IMG/VR virus record: IMGVR_UViG_3300020370_000003
Span: 1-64,000 of that record
Strand: one strand, 5' to 3'
Length of the DNA: 64,000 nucleotides
DNA from: a virus
The notes below the pieces were generated by a model. That model saw nothing but the letters and a program-made list of their open reading frames with translations, ran no database searches and was not told the origin of the DNA. Position numbers and translations under genes: made by a program. Shown piece by piece: positions 16,609 through 28,400 of the stretch (its first letter is position 1; each line of letters opens with the position of its first letter).

Positions 16609-17534
16609 TAGATTGATACATCAGTTGAGCTTCCGACTGTTCCGAATGGGTTTGCCTCGGAGAAGTCTATAATATCGTTATCAGCAGTCTCAAAGTCATT
16701 GTTTTGATCGTACTCGATATTTTTATTATCTATTGTATTATATGTAGCAGTTGTCCAAGATGCACTAGATGTACCCCCTGTAAGTGTTTCTGGTACAGAG
16801 AATGTACCAGAACGATTGATAACGATGAGAGTCCTAGAAGCACTATCCCAAGACTTAACCTCAGCCGTAACATTTGATGTTCCTCCAGTAACAGTTTCCC
16901 CAACAGTAAAGTCTCCACTTCCACCAGCTACAAGACCAACTGTAATAGCATTAGCAAAATTAGTCTCAATAGCATCAAGATCTGCAAGACCAGTATCAAT
17001 CTCCTCGTCACTGTACTCGAAGAGCTCACACTGACATTCCCAAACATATCCTTTACCTAACTGATAGAAAGGACGTTCGACTTCTACAAACTTAATTTCA
17101 AATAAATGTTTTGTTATAGGGAACCAAATTAAATCCCCTTCGTTGGGTCTTCCTTCGACATTGAGTACAGTCGAGTCATCAACCTTTTCTTTAAATTTTT
17201 CACGGGAGAATATAAACGTTGTCTTATCCTCGATGCGGATTCCAAACTTCGTAAGAAGTTCGCCTTGTCCTTCCCATCCTTCAACATTATTGACATAGGC
17301 TCGAATCGCTTTGGCACTTTCAAATTTGCCATCAGAGTCCTCTCCGAAGACGTTATCACGGTTGACAATAGTTCTCGGCACGTAGTAAATATCTTGCCCG
17401 TAAATTTCAATGCTTTCTACAACTAGGTTTTCCATAAACTTCTGCTCTTGAGCAGAACCATTAATGTTTAATCTAGCAGAATTAGTATAGTCAGACTGTA
17501 CATAATCCTGTGCTGGTGTATTTGAATATGCCAT
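16608..17534 (-). CDS. g14: Neck protein gp14
   Basis: ESIEIYGQDIYYVPR, LTKFG, RPNEGDLIWFP, LFEIKFVE, PFYQLGK, CELFEYS. Confidence 0.95.
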   Translation of the reverse strand: MAYSNTPAQDYVQSDYTNSARLNINGSAQEQKFMENLVVESIEIYGQDIYYVPRTIVNRDNVFGEDSDGKFESAKAIRAYVNNVEGWEGQGELLTKFGIRIEDKTTFIFSREKFKEKVDDSTVLNVEGRPNEGDLIWFPITKHLFEIKFVEVERPFYQLGKGYVWECQCELFEYSDEEIDTGLADLDAIETNFANAITVGLVAGGSGDFTVGETVTGGTSNVTAEVKSWDSASRTLIVINRSGTFSVPETLTGGTSSASWTTATYNTIDNKNIEYDQNNDFETADNDIIDFSEANPFGTVGSSTDVSI

Positions 17535-17535
17535 A

Positions 17536-18342
17536 TTAACCTATTAAATCTATAGGTGGAAGTTCATAACGATCACGGAGTTCTTTCTCCATGTCTTGTT
17601 TAAACGTAGATGCATCTTCTAAGATCTGACGACCATTAAGTGTAACTCCACCTAACATTTGTATGCCATCATACTTACTTAAGTTACGACCCCACTGTTG
17701 TTGGAAAAGTGCTTCCACATAATCTTTTAACCAGTTATCATTATAAATTCCTGTATTTGTTTCTGGGTCTTGACGCATAGTGCAATCAACCATAATATAA
17801 TCACCAGTAGTAATATCATCCCAATCAAAATCAAGACTTAACTTACCACCATGTTCATTCCATTTAATTCTACGATTTTGTTGAGAATTAGTTACCCAAT
17901 CTAAAGTCTCAAGATACTGAGAAGTCATATAATAATGTAATATCTGACCATGAGTCATAGCATAGATATCATTCAAAAAGATCTGATACTTAATATTGAA
18001 TATGTTACCAGGAACTATACTAGATGCACCAATGTTTGTGTACACATGATTGATACCTAGCATTCCAGGTGGTGTAGAAACATAGTTATTAACACCATAC
18101 CAAGCAGTAGAACCTTGTTGAGTTTCTGATTTTGCAGCAGTTTTAATTGCATCAGTAACTTCTATCTTCATCCAAGCTTGATAGCTTCCATTATAATGAT
18201 ACTCTTGATAGTAATCAATTGCTTCTTCAACTAAATCATCCAATTGCTCAGTGGCAACGTTGATATCTATCGTAGGATATCCTAACCTGCGAAGAGCATA
18301 ATCCTTCAATTCAGTTTTAGTTGCTGGTCTTGTAGCTGACAT
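17536..18342 (-). CDS. g13: Neck protein gp13
   Basis: LKDYALRRLGYPTIDINV, WLKDY, QWGRNLSKY.G.QMLGGVTLNG. Confidence 0.95.
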   Translation of the reverse strand: MSATRPATKTELKDYALRRLGYPTIDINVATEQLDDLVEEAIDYYQEYHYNGSYQAWMKIEVTDAIKTAAKSETQQGSTAWYGVNNYVSTPPGMLGINHVYTNIGASSIVPGNIFNIKYQIFLNDIYAMTHGQILHYYMTSQYLETLDWVTNSQQNRRIKWNEHGGKLSLDFDWDDITTGDYIMVDCTMRQDPETNTGIYNDNWLKDYVEALFQQQWGRNLSKYDGIQMLGGVTLNGRQILEDASTFKQDMEKELRDRYELPPIDLIG

Positions 18343-18347
18343 TTATC

Positions 18348-21300
18348 TTAAGCGAATGATTGGATAGTCAAATTAGTAACATCATTAGCACCAACGGTTT
18401 CTCCCTTCTTGAAGAATCCGTCAACATTATCAACGGTAACTGAAGTAGCACCTAGAGCAGTAATAACTCCTGTTGAACCTGAAGTACCACCTGTAACGGT
18501 TGCACCCACTTCCATCGTTGCGATGTCAGATAGTGTGAAGGTTGCATTAACAAATACTGCAGCAGTGTTCAATGAAGAACCATTACCGTGGATGGCTGAT
18601 ACTGGAATTGTGCAACTGTTGCCATGTATAGCAGCGACTGAAGTCTGTGCATCATCATTACCACCTACAATACTTATAACTTCGGAGTTTGCATAACCAG
18701 AACCATCAGTGTTAACTGTAACAGCAGTAACATTTCCACTTGCATCAGCAGTAACGTTAAGTGTCAATCCAGTTCCTGAACCAGATGATGTTGTTGCAAC
18801 ATTACTGAATGTACCCTCAGTCCATCCAGTACCAGCATTACTAATGGAACCAAGTGTATTAACACCAGTTGCATTTGCGTTAACGATAGTAACTGTTTCA
18901 GAAGCAGCATAACCAGTACCATCATCATTAATTGTTACTCCAGTTACAGCACCGTTACCATCAACTGTAATATCTACAGTTGCAGATGTATTGGAACCTG
19001 TTGTTGCAATACCACTTCCAGCAGAATAACCTGTACCAGCAGTAGCAATAGAACCAAGAGTCTTAATACCAGTTGCGTTAGCGTTAGTAATAGTCAATGT
19101 CTCACCAATAGCATATCCAGAACCAGCATTATTAACAGAAACGTTAATGATTGCTCCACCAGATGCTGTAATGTTAAGTGTAGCACCTGTTCCTGAACCA
19201 GATGATGATGTAGCAACACCAGTTGCTGTAGTGTATCCAGTACCACCAGCCAATGTACCCAAGTTAAGAGCAGAAACACCACCTAGATTTGGGTTGGTTA
19301 ATGTTAGTGTATCAGTTATTAGATAGTCACTACCAGCAGCATTAAGTGCAAGACCTGTAATAGCACCGTTTCCATCAACAGTAGTATTAACAGTTAATCC
19401 AGAACCAGTACCACCAGTTGTTGCTACACCAGATGCATTAGAGTATCCTCCAAGACCACTAGCAGTAATAGAACCAATAGTTGTAACAGAACCTGGTGTT
19501 GGGTCTCCAGATAGATTCAGTACTAATGTAGTTGAAGTTGCAAGGTTGTTAAGCATTGCACTAAGTTGTTCAAAAGCATTATCAAGTTTTGCTTGTACTC
19601 TTGCTTCTGTGTAATAAAGATTTGTACCTTCTGCAAGAGCAGCAGTATTATGATTATTAAGGTTGGTTGCCTGTGTTGCAGAACCAGCAGTACCAGATGT
19701 ATCTTGGTTACCTGCTGTATTAACACCTGGAAGACTGATTGATGCAGTACCATCAAATGCAACTCCACCAATATTAACTGAAGCAGCTAAGGCAGTAGCA
19801 GTAGCAGCATTACCAGATGTATCCTGAGTACCACTAATGTTAACACCAGCAAGATCTATATTTGCTGAACCATCGAATGCAACTCCACCAATATTTTTAG
19901 ATGCATAGAATTTTGTTGCTGTATCAGCATTACCAATGAATGCTCCACCAAAACTAGGTGCAGTTACTCTTCCGTTAGCAGCATTAAAGAGGAAAGTAGA
20001 CCTACTCTTAACTCCTAGATTACCAGTTGCATCAGTAGCAAACAGTACGTTGCAAGTTGTATCAGTCTGCTCATCAGAAACTGTAACTGTTGTTGCTATG
20101 TCTGCTGTACCTGTAAGGTCTCCAGTAATAGCAGTTATGTTTGCAGCATCTGCATATATTCCTTGCCATCTAACTGAAGTAGTACCTAAGTCATATGTGC
20201 TATCAGCAGCAGGATTTAAATCTTTAGCAGTAGAAGTTGCAGCAACTAAGTTACCCGTAACATCTCCCGTGAGTGATGCTGTAATTACATTAGCAGCAAA
20301 GTTACCAGAACCGTCACGTAGAACAAGGTTGTTTGATGCGTTAGTGGACGCTGAAGCGACGTTAATCGTTGTATCACCTGATACACCATCTGCGTTGGTA
20401 AGAGTGATTCCAGACGATGCTGTCGCCTGTAAGGTACGTTGTGCATATGTACCATTCCCTGTTCTTACAACATAACCAGTACCAGACTGTGCAGCAAGTG
20501 CAGATATATCTGTATCATTAAATGTTGTTGTTAGTGTAACAGCAGCAGAACCATCAATGGATACATTACCATCAACTACACCATCAAGTGTTAATACTCT
20601 AGCAGTTTTCCAAGCATCAGCAGAAGTTGCGTTACCTAAGAATCCAGCACCAGCACCAGCAGCACTAGCAGCAGTGATTTGATTAGCAGCAAAGTCTCCA
20701 GAAGAATCTCTGTTAACAACTGTGGATGCAGTGTTTGCACTTGCAGTTGTCATATTATCTAAACGGTCAACGTTTAGGTTATTAACTTTTGTTGTAGATG
20801 TAATAACAAATGGAGCAGTACCATCAGCAATTTGGAAAATACCTTGACCATCAACTGTTAGAGTGCCATCAATATTTGCATTGTTATCTACATCAAGTGA
20901 AGTACCAGCACCAGTAAGATTTAAAGAACCAGCTCTTAGAGCACCGTCTGTACCAGCATGTACTTCAGAAGTATTTGTTGCGTCTGTTAAAAATGCGAAC
21001 TGGTTTGATGAGTTATCAAATCCAAAGAAACCAATCTTAGCAGAACTATCATAGTAACGGAACTCAACACCACGGTCTTTAGCATCATCACTTGCAGGTG
21101 CAGTGTCTCCACCAAGAGTTATGATAGGGTCATCTAGAGTTGTTACTGTAGAATTGACAGTAGTAGTTGTACCATTAACAATTAAATTACCACCAACAGT
21201 AAGGTCATTATGTAATGTTGCATCACCAGTAGAATTGGTTATCTTAAATGCATTTCTTCCATTGCCTGTATCATAAACTGTAAAGTCTCCACCAATCCAA

Positions 21301-24300
21301 GTCTTCTTCTGAACAGTTAAACCACCTTGAGATTTAAGAGCAGATGCTGTGGCATTTAATGAAGCTGCATCTTGAGTACTACTAATATTAAGTAAACCAG
21401 CAACATCAGCATCACCATTAAAATCACAATTCTGAGTTACTATAAGATCTGCATAACATCTTACATCAGAATTAACAGCAACTTGTTTATTAACAGAAAG
21501 ACCACCGTCAATTACTACACCAGCAACAGGATTCCAGACACCTGATATATCACATTGAGTAGTATTATCTAAGTTTGCTACTGGGCTAACACTAAATGAA
21601 GTACCAACTCCAAGTCCACCTTGACAAGTTGTAAGTCCATATAGGTTTGCATTCTTGTCATTCATATTGACATGGAAGGCAAGGTTTCCACTTGTATCCT
21701 TGACTTCAAACATATCATTGGTTATCTCACCTTCAATACTAACTCTACCTAAGATGTTAGTAACAGTACTAGAACCTACAGTACCAAGAGTTAGATTTCT
21801 CTTAATGTAAGTATCACCAGTTTGTGTGTCAACAGTAAATCTATCTTCTGTACCAGCAGCATTTTGAATTTTAAAATCTTTATTATCTGCCTTGATGGTA
21901 ACATCATCTTTTAATGTAGTAGCACCATCAACATTAAGTGTAGTATCAAAATCAACAGCACCCTTATTGTTTAAGTCTCCTTCATTTACTGCATTACCAG
22001 TAGCAGAAGCAATAGTAAACTTATCAGTTGTACCAGAACGAACTGCAAAGTTACCATCAACATCTACAGTTCCATTAAATTCTGAGTTATCACCAACTGT
22101 TAGAGTTCCTACAATATCTGTATTACCTGTAGCACCTAGAACACTAAACTTAACTGTATCTCCAGAGTTCTTCTTACCTACAAATAAACCTTCTCCAGAT
22201 CCAGTACCACCAACATGTAGTGAGGTGTTAATACCAGCACCACCATAAACTCTTAAGTTAGAAGTGTTATGATTTGAATAACTTGGAGTGTATGCACCAA
22301 CAGAACCAGCACGTAGTTTATATCTGACAGATAGGTAGTTCCTTAAACCATAGTTCTCAGTTGCATCTTCTTGCTGGTTAAAGTCACCGTTAAGATACAA
22401 GTCACCATTAAACAATACATTCTTATCAAAGTATGCACCACCATCTACTCTTAATGCACCATAGTCACTATTTTGAATTGTATGTGGAGCACCAGATAGA
22501 ATATCAGGATTGTCTGTAGACTCAAAATGTACTAGGTCAGCAACATTTAATTTACCTGCACTATCTGTATCACCATTATCTGTATCAACTGTAAACTTAT
22601 CTACTGCAGCAGCAGTTTGAATTTTGAAGTACTTAGCATCTGCTTTAATAGTAGTGGCATCAGATACTGTTAAAGTACCAGCAATAGCAGTGTTACCAGA
22701 TGCTGCTACAACATTAAACTTGTTAGAATTAATATTAAGGTTATTAGTTATATCAACAACACCATAGAATGATGCATTACCAGTTGTTGATTGTAGTTCT
22801 ACTCTAGTAGTTCCACTACCATTATTTAATTGAAGTGTCTTAGATGCACCTTGAATAGTAAGGCTGTCATTAAAACGACCTGTACCATGAGTAACAAGGT
22901 TTGTATCTATATCTACTGAACCACCAATATTAACATCATCACCTATACCAGCACCACCTGCTATTACTAAGTCTCCAGTAGTATTTGAAGTTGAGTTAGT
23001 ATTAGTTGTAAGTTTTAAGTTTCCAGCGATGATCCCTGCATCTGTTCCAGAGAATACTTCGGAGGTATTTGTGGCATCGTAGAGGAATGTAAACGTTCCT
23101 GAATGTCCTCCAAGATCGTTGGCTGAATCGTCGTAACCAAAGAATCCAACCTTTGCCGAAGCGTCATAATATCTGAATTCAACTCCTCTATCTTTACTGT
23201 CATCTGACGCTGGAGCAGTATCACCACCAAGAGTAATAATAGGATCATCCAACGTAGTAACTGTTGAATTAACTGTTGTAGTCGTTCCATCTACTTGTAA
23301 ATTTCCTCGTATAGTTACTAGTCCAGTAATATCCCTATCATCATTAGGGTCAATTAATATATCACCAGTACCACCCAGATAGTTAGCTTGGAACCTTAAA
23401 TCTTCTACATGAACTTTACCATTAGCATCATTAGCAGCAATACTAACTTTATCTTCTGCACCAATGATTACATGACTTTCACCAGAACCTAAGTTAGTTG
23501 CAAAAATACTTACTGTTCTATTAGATGCAGAATCTTGTGTGGACTGTATGGTTAAATTACCATCACCAGTCTTGTCTATAGTTTGTGCAACCGTCCCATC
23601 AAGGGTAATGTCAGGGTCTGAAATGTAAGTTCTTACATTGATATCAACTTCTCCAGCACTACTGTCACCAGTATTATTAGCACCGAATAAAAGATTCCCT
23701 GAAGTATCGTTAACTTTAACATAGTTTAAATAATTAAAACCTCTATAACCAGTACTTGCTGTGAGTTCCTGATCTAATTCAAAATTCTCTACAGAATTCC
23801 CATCAGCAAAACCAATTTGTCTATTTTGTATTTGAGCATTATCAATACCATTAGCAGCAATAGTAACGTGACCTGCTGCAGATACATCAAAATCTTCTTG
23901 TGCAAAAGATGCAAGTCCTTTCTGCTTTGTACTAACAGCAGCTAAGAATCTCCACTGTCCAGCATCACTACCATCTGTGTGAGTTGGTTCTCCTTGTCCA
24001 GGTGCAATATCTGATTTTGCTTCATAGAGATTGCCACCAGCAGTAATTTTATCGAAACGGTAATACTGAGTTCCGTTATCAAATGCTGCTACTTCAGTTC
24101 CCTCTACTGCTGTAGCAATAGGTATGTCTGCAGCAGCAGTAAATCTACCATAATCATCAACAGTAAATGCTGTAGTATTAACTGTCTGTGAACCAGCTAC
24201 TGAGGTAAGTGATGCTGTATTATAATCAGCAGGAGTAACAGCAGTTGTTATTAAATCAATTGTTGGGTTTCCACTTATACCACTACCATCTGAAATAGCA

Positions 24301-24941
24301 ATTCTAGTAGCACTACCTTGTAGTGTTCTAGTTGCCATCACATTGGCAGAAGTTCTAGCAATCAATCCAGTTGTAGTAATACCAGCAATTGCAGCAAGGT
24401 CTCCGTCATATGGCATAGCAGAAGAACCTTCTACTGTACCGTCTAGACCATATGCAGCAAGAGTTGTTGGATTAGAAGCATTAGAAATTCTACCTTTAGC
24501 ATCTACAGTTACTTTTGTGTATGTACCAGTAGAAGCAGATGTACCATCATAATGCGGTAAAGTTGTAACTAATTCTAATGATGTTTGGAGATTTAAGTTA
24601 GAAGAACCATCAAATACACCAGAACCTTGAACATCATCAGAGAGTTGAATCTGACGTGTTGAAGCAAGTCGTGTAGCAGTAGAAGCATTACCAATTAGAG
24701 TTGATGTAATAGTCGCTGCAGCAAAATTACCATCAGCATCCCTTTGAACCAATGTGTTTGCAGTATTTGACGTTGACTCAACAGGACGCTCATATCTCAA
24801 AGAGTTCCACGCTGAAACGCCATCACCAATTTTAAATCGACCAGTGTCTAATTCTATCCCTAATTCACCTTGAGCAAGTGTTGGGTTGGAGTTTGCCCAT
24901 TCCTGAGCACCACCTCTTCTTAACTGTATTCTATTTGCCAT
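18348..24941 (-). CDS. Long fibre protein (2,197 aa) with Mtd_N/hyaluronidase-type N-terminal domain
   Basis: N-terminal RIQLRRG..EW..SNPTLAQGELGIELDTGRFKIGDG..WNSL; GTYTKVTVDAKGRI fibre motif; Gly/Thr/Ala beta repeats; located upstream of g13. Confidence 0.85.
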   Translation of the reverse strand: MANRIQLRRGGAQEWANSNPTLAQGELGIELDTGRFKIGDGVSAWNSLRYERPVESTSNTANTLVQRDADGNFAAATITSTLIGNASTATRLASTRQIQLSDDVQGSGVFDGSSNLNLQTSLELVTTLPHYDGTSASTGTYTKVTVDAKGRISNASNPTTLAAYGLDGTVEGSSAMPYDGDLAAIAGITTTGLIARTSANVMATRTLQGSATRIAISDGSGISGNPTIDLITTAVTPADYNTASLTSVAGSQTVNTTAFTVDDYGRFTAAADIPIATAVEGTEVAAFDNGTQYYRFDKITAGGNLYEAKSDIAPGQGEPTHTDGSDAGQWRFLAAVSTKQKGLASFAQEDFDVSAAGHVTIAANGIDNAQIQNRQIGFADGNSVENFELDQELTASTGYRGFNYLNYVKVNDTSGNLLFGANNTGDSSAGEVDINVRTYISDPDITLDGTVAQTIDKTGDGNLTIQSTQDSASNRTVSIFATNLGSGESHVIIGAEDKVSIAANDANGKVHVEDLRFQANYLGGTGDILIDPNDDRDITGLVTIRGNLQVDGTTTTVNSTVTTLDDPIITLGGDTAPASDDSKDRGVEFRYYDASAKVGFFGYDDSANDLGGHSGTFTFLYDATNTSEVFSGTDAGIIAGNLKLTTNTNSTSNTTGDLVIAGGAGIGDDVNIGGSVDIDTNLVTHGTGRFNDSLTIQGASKTLQLNNGSGTTRVELQSTTGNASFYGVVDITNNLNINSNKFNVVAASGNTAIAGTLTVSDATTIKADAKYFKIQTAAAVDKFTVDTDNGDTDSAGKLNVADLVHFESTDNPDILSGAPHTIQNSDYGALRVDGGAYFDKNVLFNGDLYLNGDFNQQEDATENYGLRNYLSVRYKLRAGSVGAYTPSYSNHNTSNLRVYGGAGINTSLHVGGTGSGEGLFVGKKNSGDTVKFSVLGATGNTDIVGTLTVGDNSEFNGTVDVDGNFAVRSGTTDKFTIASATGNAVNEGDLNNKGAVDFDTTLNVDGATTLKDDVTIKADNKDFKIQNAAGTEDRFTVDTQTGDTYIKRNLTLGTVGSSTVTNILGRVSIEGEITNDMFEVKDTSGNLAFHVNMNDKNANLYGLTTCQGGLGVGTSFSVSPVANLDNTTQCDISGVWNPVAGVVIDGGLSVNKQVAVNSDVRCYADLIVTQNCDFNGDADVAGLLNISSTQDAASLNATASALKSQGGLTVQKKTWIGGDFTVYDTGNGRNAFKITNSTGDATLHNDLTVGGNLIVNGTTTTVNSTVTTLDDPIITLGGDTAPASDDAKDRGVEFRYYDSSAKIGFFGFDNSSNQFAFLTDATNTSEVHAGTDGALRAGSLNLTGAGTSLDVDNNANIDGTLTVDGQGIFQIADGTAPFVITSTTKVNNLNVDRLDNMTTASANTASTVVNRDSSGDFAANQITAASAAGAGAGFLGNATSADAWKTARVLTLDGVVDGNVSIDGSAAVTLTTTFNDTDISALAAQSGTGYVVRTGNGTYAQRTLQATASSGITLTNADGVSGDTTINVASASTNASNNLVLRDGSGNFAANVITASLTGDVTGNLVAATSTAKDLNPAADSTYDLGTTSVRWQGIYADAANITAITGDLTGTADIATTVTVSDEQTDTTCNVLFATDATGNLGVKSRSTFLFNAANGRVTAPSFGGAFIGNADTATKFYASKNIGGVAFDGSANIDLAGVNISGTQDTSGNAATATALAASVNIGGVAFDGTASISLPGVNTAGNQDTSGTAGSATQATNLNNHNTAALAEGTNLYYTEARVQAKLDNAFEQLSAMLNNLATSTTLVLNLSGDPTPGSVTTIGSITASGLGGYSNASGVATTGGTGSGLTVNTTVDGNGAITGLALNAAGSDYLITDTLTLTNPNLGGVSALNLGTLAGGTGYTTATGVATSSSGSGTGATLNITASGGAIINVSVNNAGSGYAIGETLTITNANATGIKTLGSIATAGTGYSAGSGIATTGSNTSATVDITVDGNGAVTGVTINDDGTGYAASETVTIVNANATGVNTLGSISNAGTGWTEGTFSNVATTSSGSGTGLTLNVTADASGNVTAVTVNTDGSGYANSEVISIVGGNDDAQTSVAAIHGNSCTIPVSAIHGNGSSLNTAAVFVNATFTLSDIATMEVGATVTGGTSGSTGVITALGATSVTVDNVDGFFKKGETVGANDVTNLTIQSFA
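20914..23306 (-). repeat. Internal ~95-aa duplication in the fibre (copies at ~23007-23306 and ~20914-21191)
   Basis: Both copies contain TTTVNSTVTTLDDPIITLGGDTAPASDD[SA]KDRGVEFRYYD..AK[VI]GFFG[YF]D; many synonymous differences. Confidence 0.9.
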
Positions 24942-24977
24942 TTTATTGGAACAACTCTATAAAACATGCTTCCAAGT

Positions 24978-24985
24978 TATTTATG
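24978..24985 (-). promoter_or_regulatory. Late promoter (CATAAATA) upstream of the fibre gene
   Basis: NATAAATA directly after the terminator; the same CATAAATA precedes g8 (~34221-34228) and the gp9-like gene (~39638-39645). Confidence 0.65.
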
Positions 24986-24990
24986 TCATT

Positions 24991-25017
24991 AAAAAGGGGG
25001 AACTTAATCCCCCCTTT
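24991..25017 (-). terminator. Rho-independent terminator
   Basis: Minus strand AAAGGGGGGA-TTAAG-TTCCCCC followed by TTTTT. Confidence 0.8.
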
Positions 25018-25019
25018 AA

Positions 25020-25256
25020 TTATTCTTCAGTAGTGAGATTATCCGCTATCTCTTCCTCTGGTCTTGGAGGTACTTCTTGATAATATTGAAGTGCCTCTAT
25101 AGCACCTTGAAGCTTTAGTGCTACTATTTCATTATCTTTAATTTTCTTTGCCAGCTCTTCATTTTCTCTAACGGTATTATTAAACCGTTCTTGAAACTGT
25201 GCCAGCATCGCTTCTTGGGACACCTTTTCTACAGGTGCGGTTGCATCATCTGTCAT
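25020..25256 (-). CDS. Hypothetical coiled-coil protein (78 aa)
   Basis: Heptad pattern ...IVALKLQGAIEALQYY; overlaps the upstream ORF. Confidence 0.7.
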   Translation of the reverse strand: MTDDATAPVEKVSQEAMLAQFQERFNNTVRENEELAKKIKDNEIVALKLQGAIEALQYYQEVPPRPEEEIADNLTTEE

Positions 25257-25479
25257 TTTTGTCTTGGACTAACGTTAGTAAAAGTGATTTGATGTCACTC
25301 ATCTCTGATTTTAACTCAGAAACTTCATTTTGTAAAGCTATCTGCTCTCCTCTTGCTTTCTGTTCAGCATAATACGTTTTCATATACTTATCATAAGCAT
25401 GCTTATCAGCAGACTCAATACATCCAGAGGTGGTGTCTTTCCACCATCCATCTTTATCTTTTATAGGTAAATAACCCAT
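25246..25479 (-). CDS. Hypothetical coiled-coil protein (77 aa)
   Basis: LQNEVSELKSEMSDIKSLLLTLV; start overlaps the VrlC stop codon. Confidence 0.75.
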   Translation of the reverse strand: MGYLPIKDKDGWWKDTTSGCIESADKHAYDKYMKTYYAEQKARGEQIALQNEVSELKSEMSDIKSLLLTLVQDKNDR

Positions 25480-28400
25480 TATATAGCAAGAGCAATTGCT
25501 CGTAGATCCATTATCTTAGGTACACTAGCTTGGTTTTGAGATACAAACAATATCTTAATTTGATACTGTGTAAAGTCTAATCCGCTAATTTCATATCCAT
25601 AATCCCTATAAACTTCTTCATCAGTAGTTGCTGGAATTACAGAATCACCACCAGTAGGGAAGAATTCCCATCCTAAAGTCTCTATGTTATCAGTAGAACC
25701 TGCAGGTAGCACTCTATATAGAGGCTTGATATGTGTATCTGGTGGTCGGGTAGCACTAAACATTAATTTAATAGCACCAGATGGATTGGTAAGAGTAGCA
25801 ATCTTAGTGATGTAAACCGCTTCATGCTCATCACCAACTGGTAATAATGCAGAATTAATATTAGTTGGACTATTGATTCTATTAGATGTTAGAATAATAG
25901 ACATCCTATCTGTATCAATTATAGGTGATACATTTTCCTTTTCACTCTTAAGTGTTAGATCTAATCTAAATGACTTAGAACCTGACAACTCAGCAGATTC
26001 ATTAATCTGTGAACATATTAATTGTGGAGATAGGAACTCATTATAGTCATTTAATACTACATCAAAAAACTCACCTGTATTTGAGAATGAATTTTGTGAT
26101 AGTGCTTGTCCATCCCCAATAGATGTTCCACTAATAGTATTAACTGTACCATCTACTGAAGTCTTAGGTAATATAAGTTTTTGAATTTGTGGTGTCAAAA
26201 CTTCATACTGAATATTTTGAGATGCTTCAATATGATTACCACCAGATTTAATTCCCAATCTAGCAATTGAGTTTGTTGTTAATTCATAAGAATCTAATGA
26301 TGGTGCTAGAATTGCAGCATGAGTTTTATTCAATTCTGGTAATGGTATACCATCTAAGTTGTAGCAATGTACTCTACTATCATCAGTATGAGTAACAGCA
26401 GTAGTTCCATCTACACCTCTTTCATAAGCAGTAATAGTTTTACCATCACCACTAATAGCAGAGTATGAAATAATCTCATCATCTATTTTAATATAACCAA
26501 CATTTGCTGTTCCAACAGTACCACCATTAATGATAGTATGGAATGCAGTACCATCATTAACTTGAATACTTGTATCAGCAGCAGATATAGATGACGTTAG
26601 ATATGTTGTAGAAACTTCTGAAGCAATATCAACAAGAGTTACATTATTATCATTATCATGCATTCCATGATTTGAATGGAATACTTTAACCTTTCTCTGA
26701 GCACTTGTATATGTTGGAGATGTTGAAGGATATGCATCACTAACAGCACCTGTCTCAATTACATCACCACTATATGATATAGCATTAACTGTTGCAGTTA
26801 CAGAAGATTCACCACCTGTAATAGTTTCAGTAGATGCAGTAAAGTCAGTAGAAACATACTTAAGTGTAAGTGTATTAGTTCCTGGAGTCCAAGTAACAAC
26901 TTCTGCAGTAGGAGATGTTGCTGAGTTACCAGTAATTGTCTCACCAACACTGAAGTCACCAGATGCACCAGTTACAGTCATATCAGCAAGTGTCTTAGAT
27001 GATACCAATCTATTAGAAATAACACCACCAGTATTAGAACCAGCAGACCATGTTCCTGAGATATCATTAATTGTTAAAAGAACACCACCAGCACTAGAAG
27101 CAACTGCTTTAATAGTACCTTCAGCTAATGTTGTCTTTTGATAAACACGAGCACCAGCACTGAATGGTAATGTTGTAGAGTTCATAACCAACTGCAATTC
27201 AGGTTGGAATGTTTGAATTGCATCAGGTTGTAATATAATCTTACCTCTATTACCTCTATCTAATGGAGCATTATTTAAAGTAACTCTAGAAGCAACTGAT
27301 GTATTAAATACTGCTCTGTTAACAATGAACTTCATATCTTCATATTGGTCAGCAGTCCATGTTGTTGCGTTCTGTGACTTGAATAGAACACCAGCATAAG
27401 GCTGTTCAGATATAGTTCTGTCTCCAGTAATATCCAATTCACCCATTCTAGAAATCCAAACTTTATATGTATTGGAATCAGAGAATAGAACAAAACAATG
27501 TTCTTGAGATTGAGGAATATAAACTGGTGCTCTAAATGTAAATCTAGTTGCAACAGCACCTGTCTCAGAGATCTGTACTTGTTCTGGAGTTAATGTTGTA
27601 TCAGAGAAAGGAAGAATCGTAGTTGTAGGATATCCATTCTCCATAGTTCTAACTTGCATAGAGATAGGAATATTAACATCCTTAGTAGCAAAGTAGATAT
27701 CAACTGAAGTAATAAATGTACCACCTTCTTCATCAACCAAGAATGATTGTGCTAGTGGATCCCACCAACCAACCTGACGAGTTTCTTCTCTAATAGTTGT
27801 AGTAATACTCTGACTTTGAGTTTGAGTATCTTGAGTAACCTCTGCATTTCTAATAGAGAGGATAACTTCTTGAACTGTATTTAAAGAACCAGTTGACCTA
27901 TACTCTACCTGTGCAGCAGAATCTACAGTTCCTGGAAGTCTAGAATCATTTTCATTAGTAGTAAATCTTAATAATCTTGTACCAGTAGCCCAACGAGGAT
28001 TAGTATCAATTCCAGCATCAGGTATATAGAATGATGCTCTATACTGTCCTCTTCTGTCTGAAATACATCTACGATCTTTAACAACTGCTCTAGCACCTGA
28101 AGCACCTTGAAGTACTTCTCCAACTTGAACATTACCAAAGTATTCACCTACAGCTTGAGCAGCAAGAGACTCTGTGTTGATGTTAATAAAGTTAGTTGTT
28201 GATGCATATGATGAAGGAAGTTCCGTATCATCATAAGGATTGTATGTGAAGTAATCGTTAGGTGCAGCAACTTGTAACTTACACCCACTAGTCAAACCAG
28301 TTACAGTTTCACCTTCAACAAATGGTGTGGAGTTTGTTCTGGAATCAGTAGTAGAATCCTTAATAACCTCAATAATTTTAGGTGTTAAATAAGCATCAAC

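Noticed and set aside
19936-20475. Long plus-strand ORFs (also 3430-3984, 4198-4584, 33298-33816, 21892-22248 and others) and short alternative-frame minus ORFs
   Set aside because: They lie entirely over well-supported genes and look like shadows of codon bias in Gly/Ala/Thr-rich genes; no RBS, promoter or motif support.
24790-24941. Diversity-generating retroelement suggested by the Mtd-like N-terminal domain
   Set aside because: No reverse transcriptase, no template/variable repeat pair differing only at adenines, and no C-terminal C-type lectin domain. The fibre duplication differs mainly at synonymous sites.
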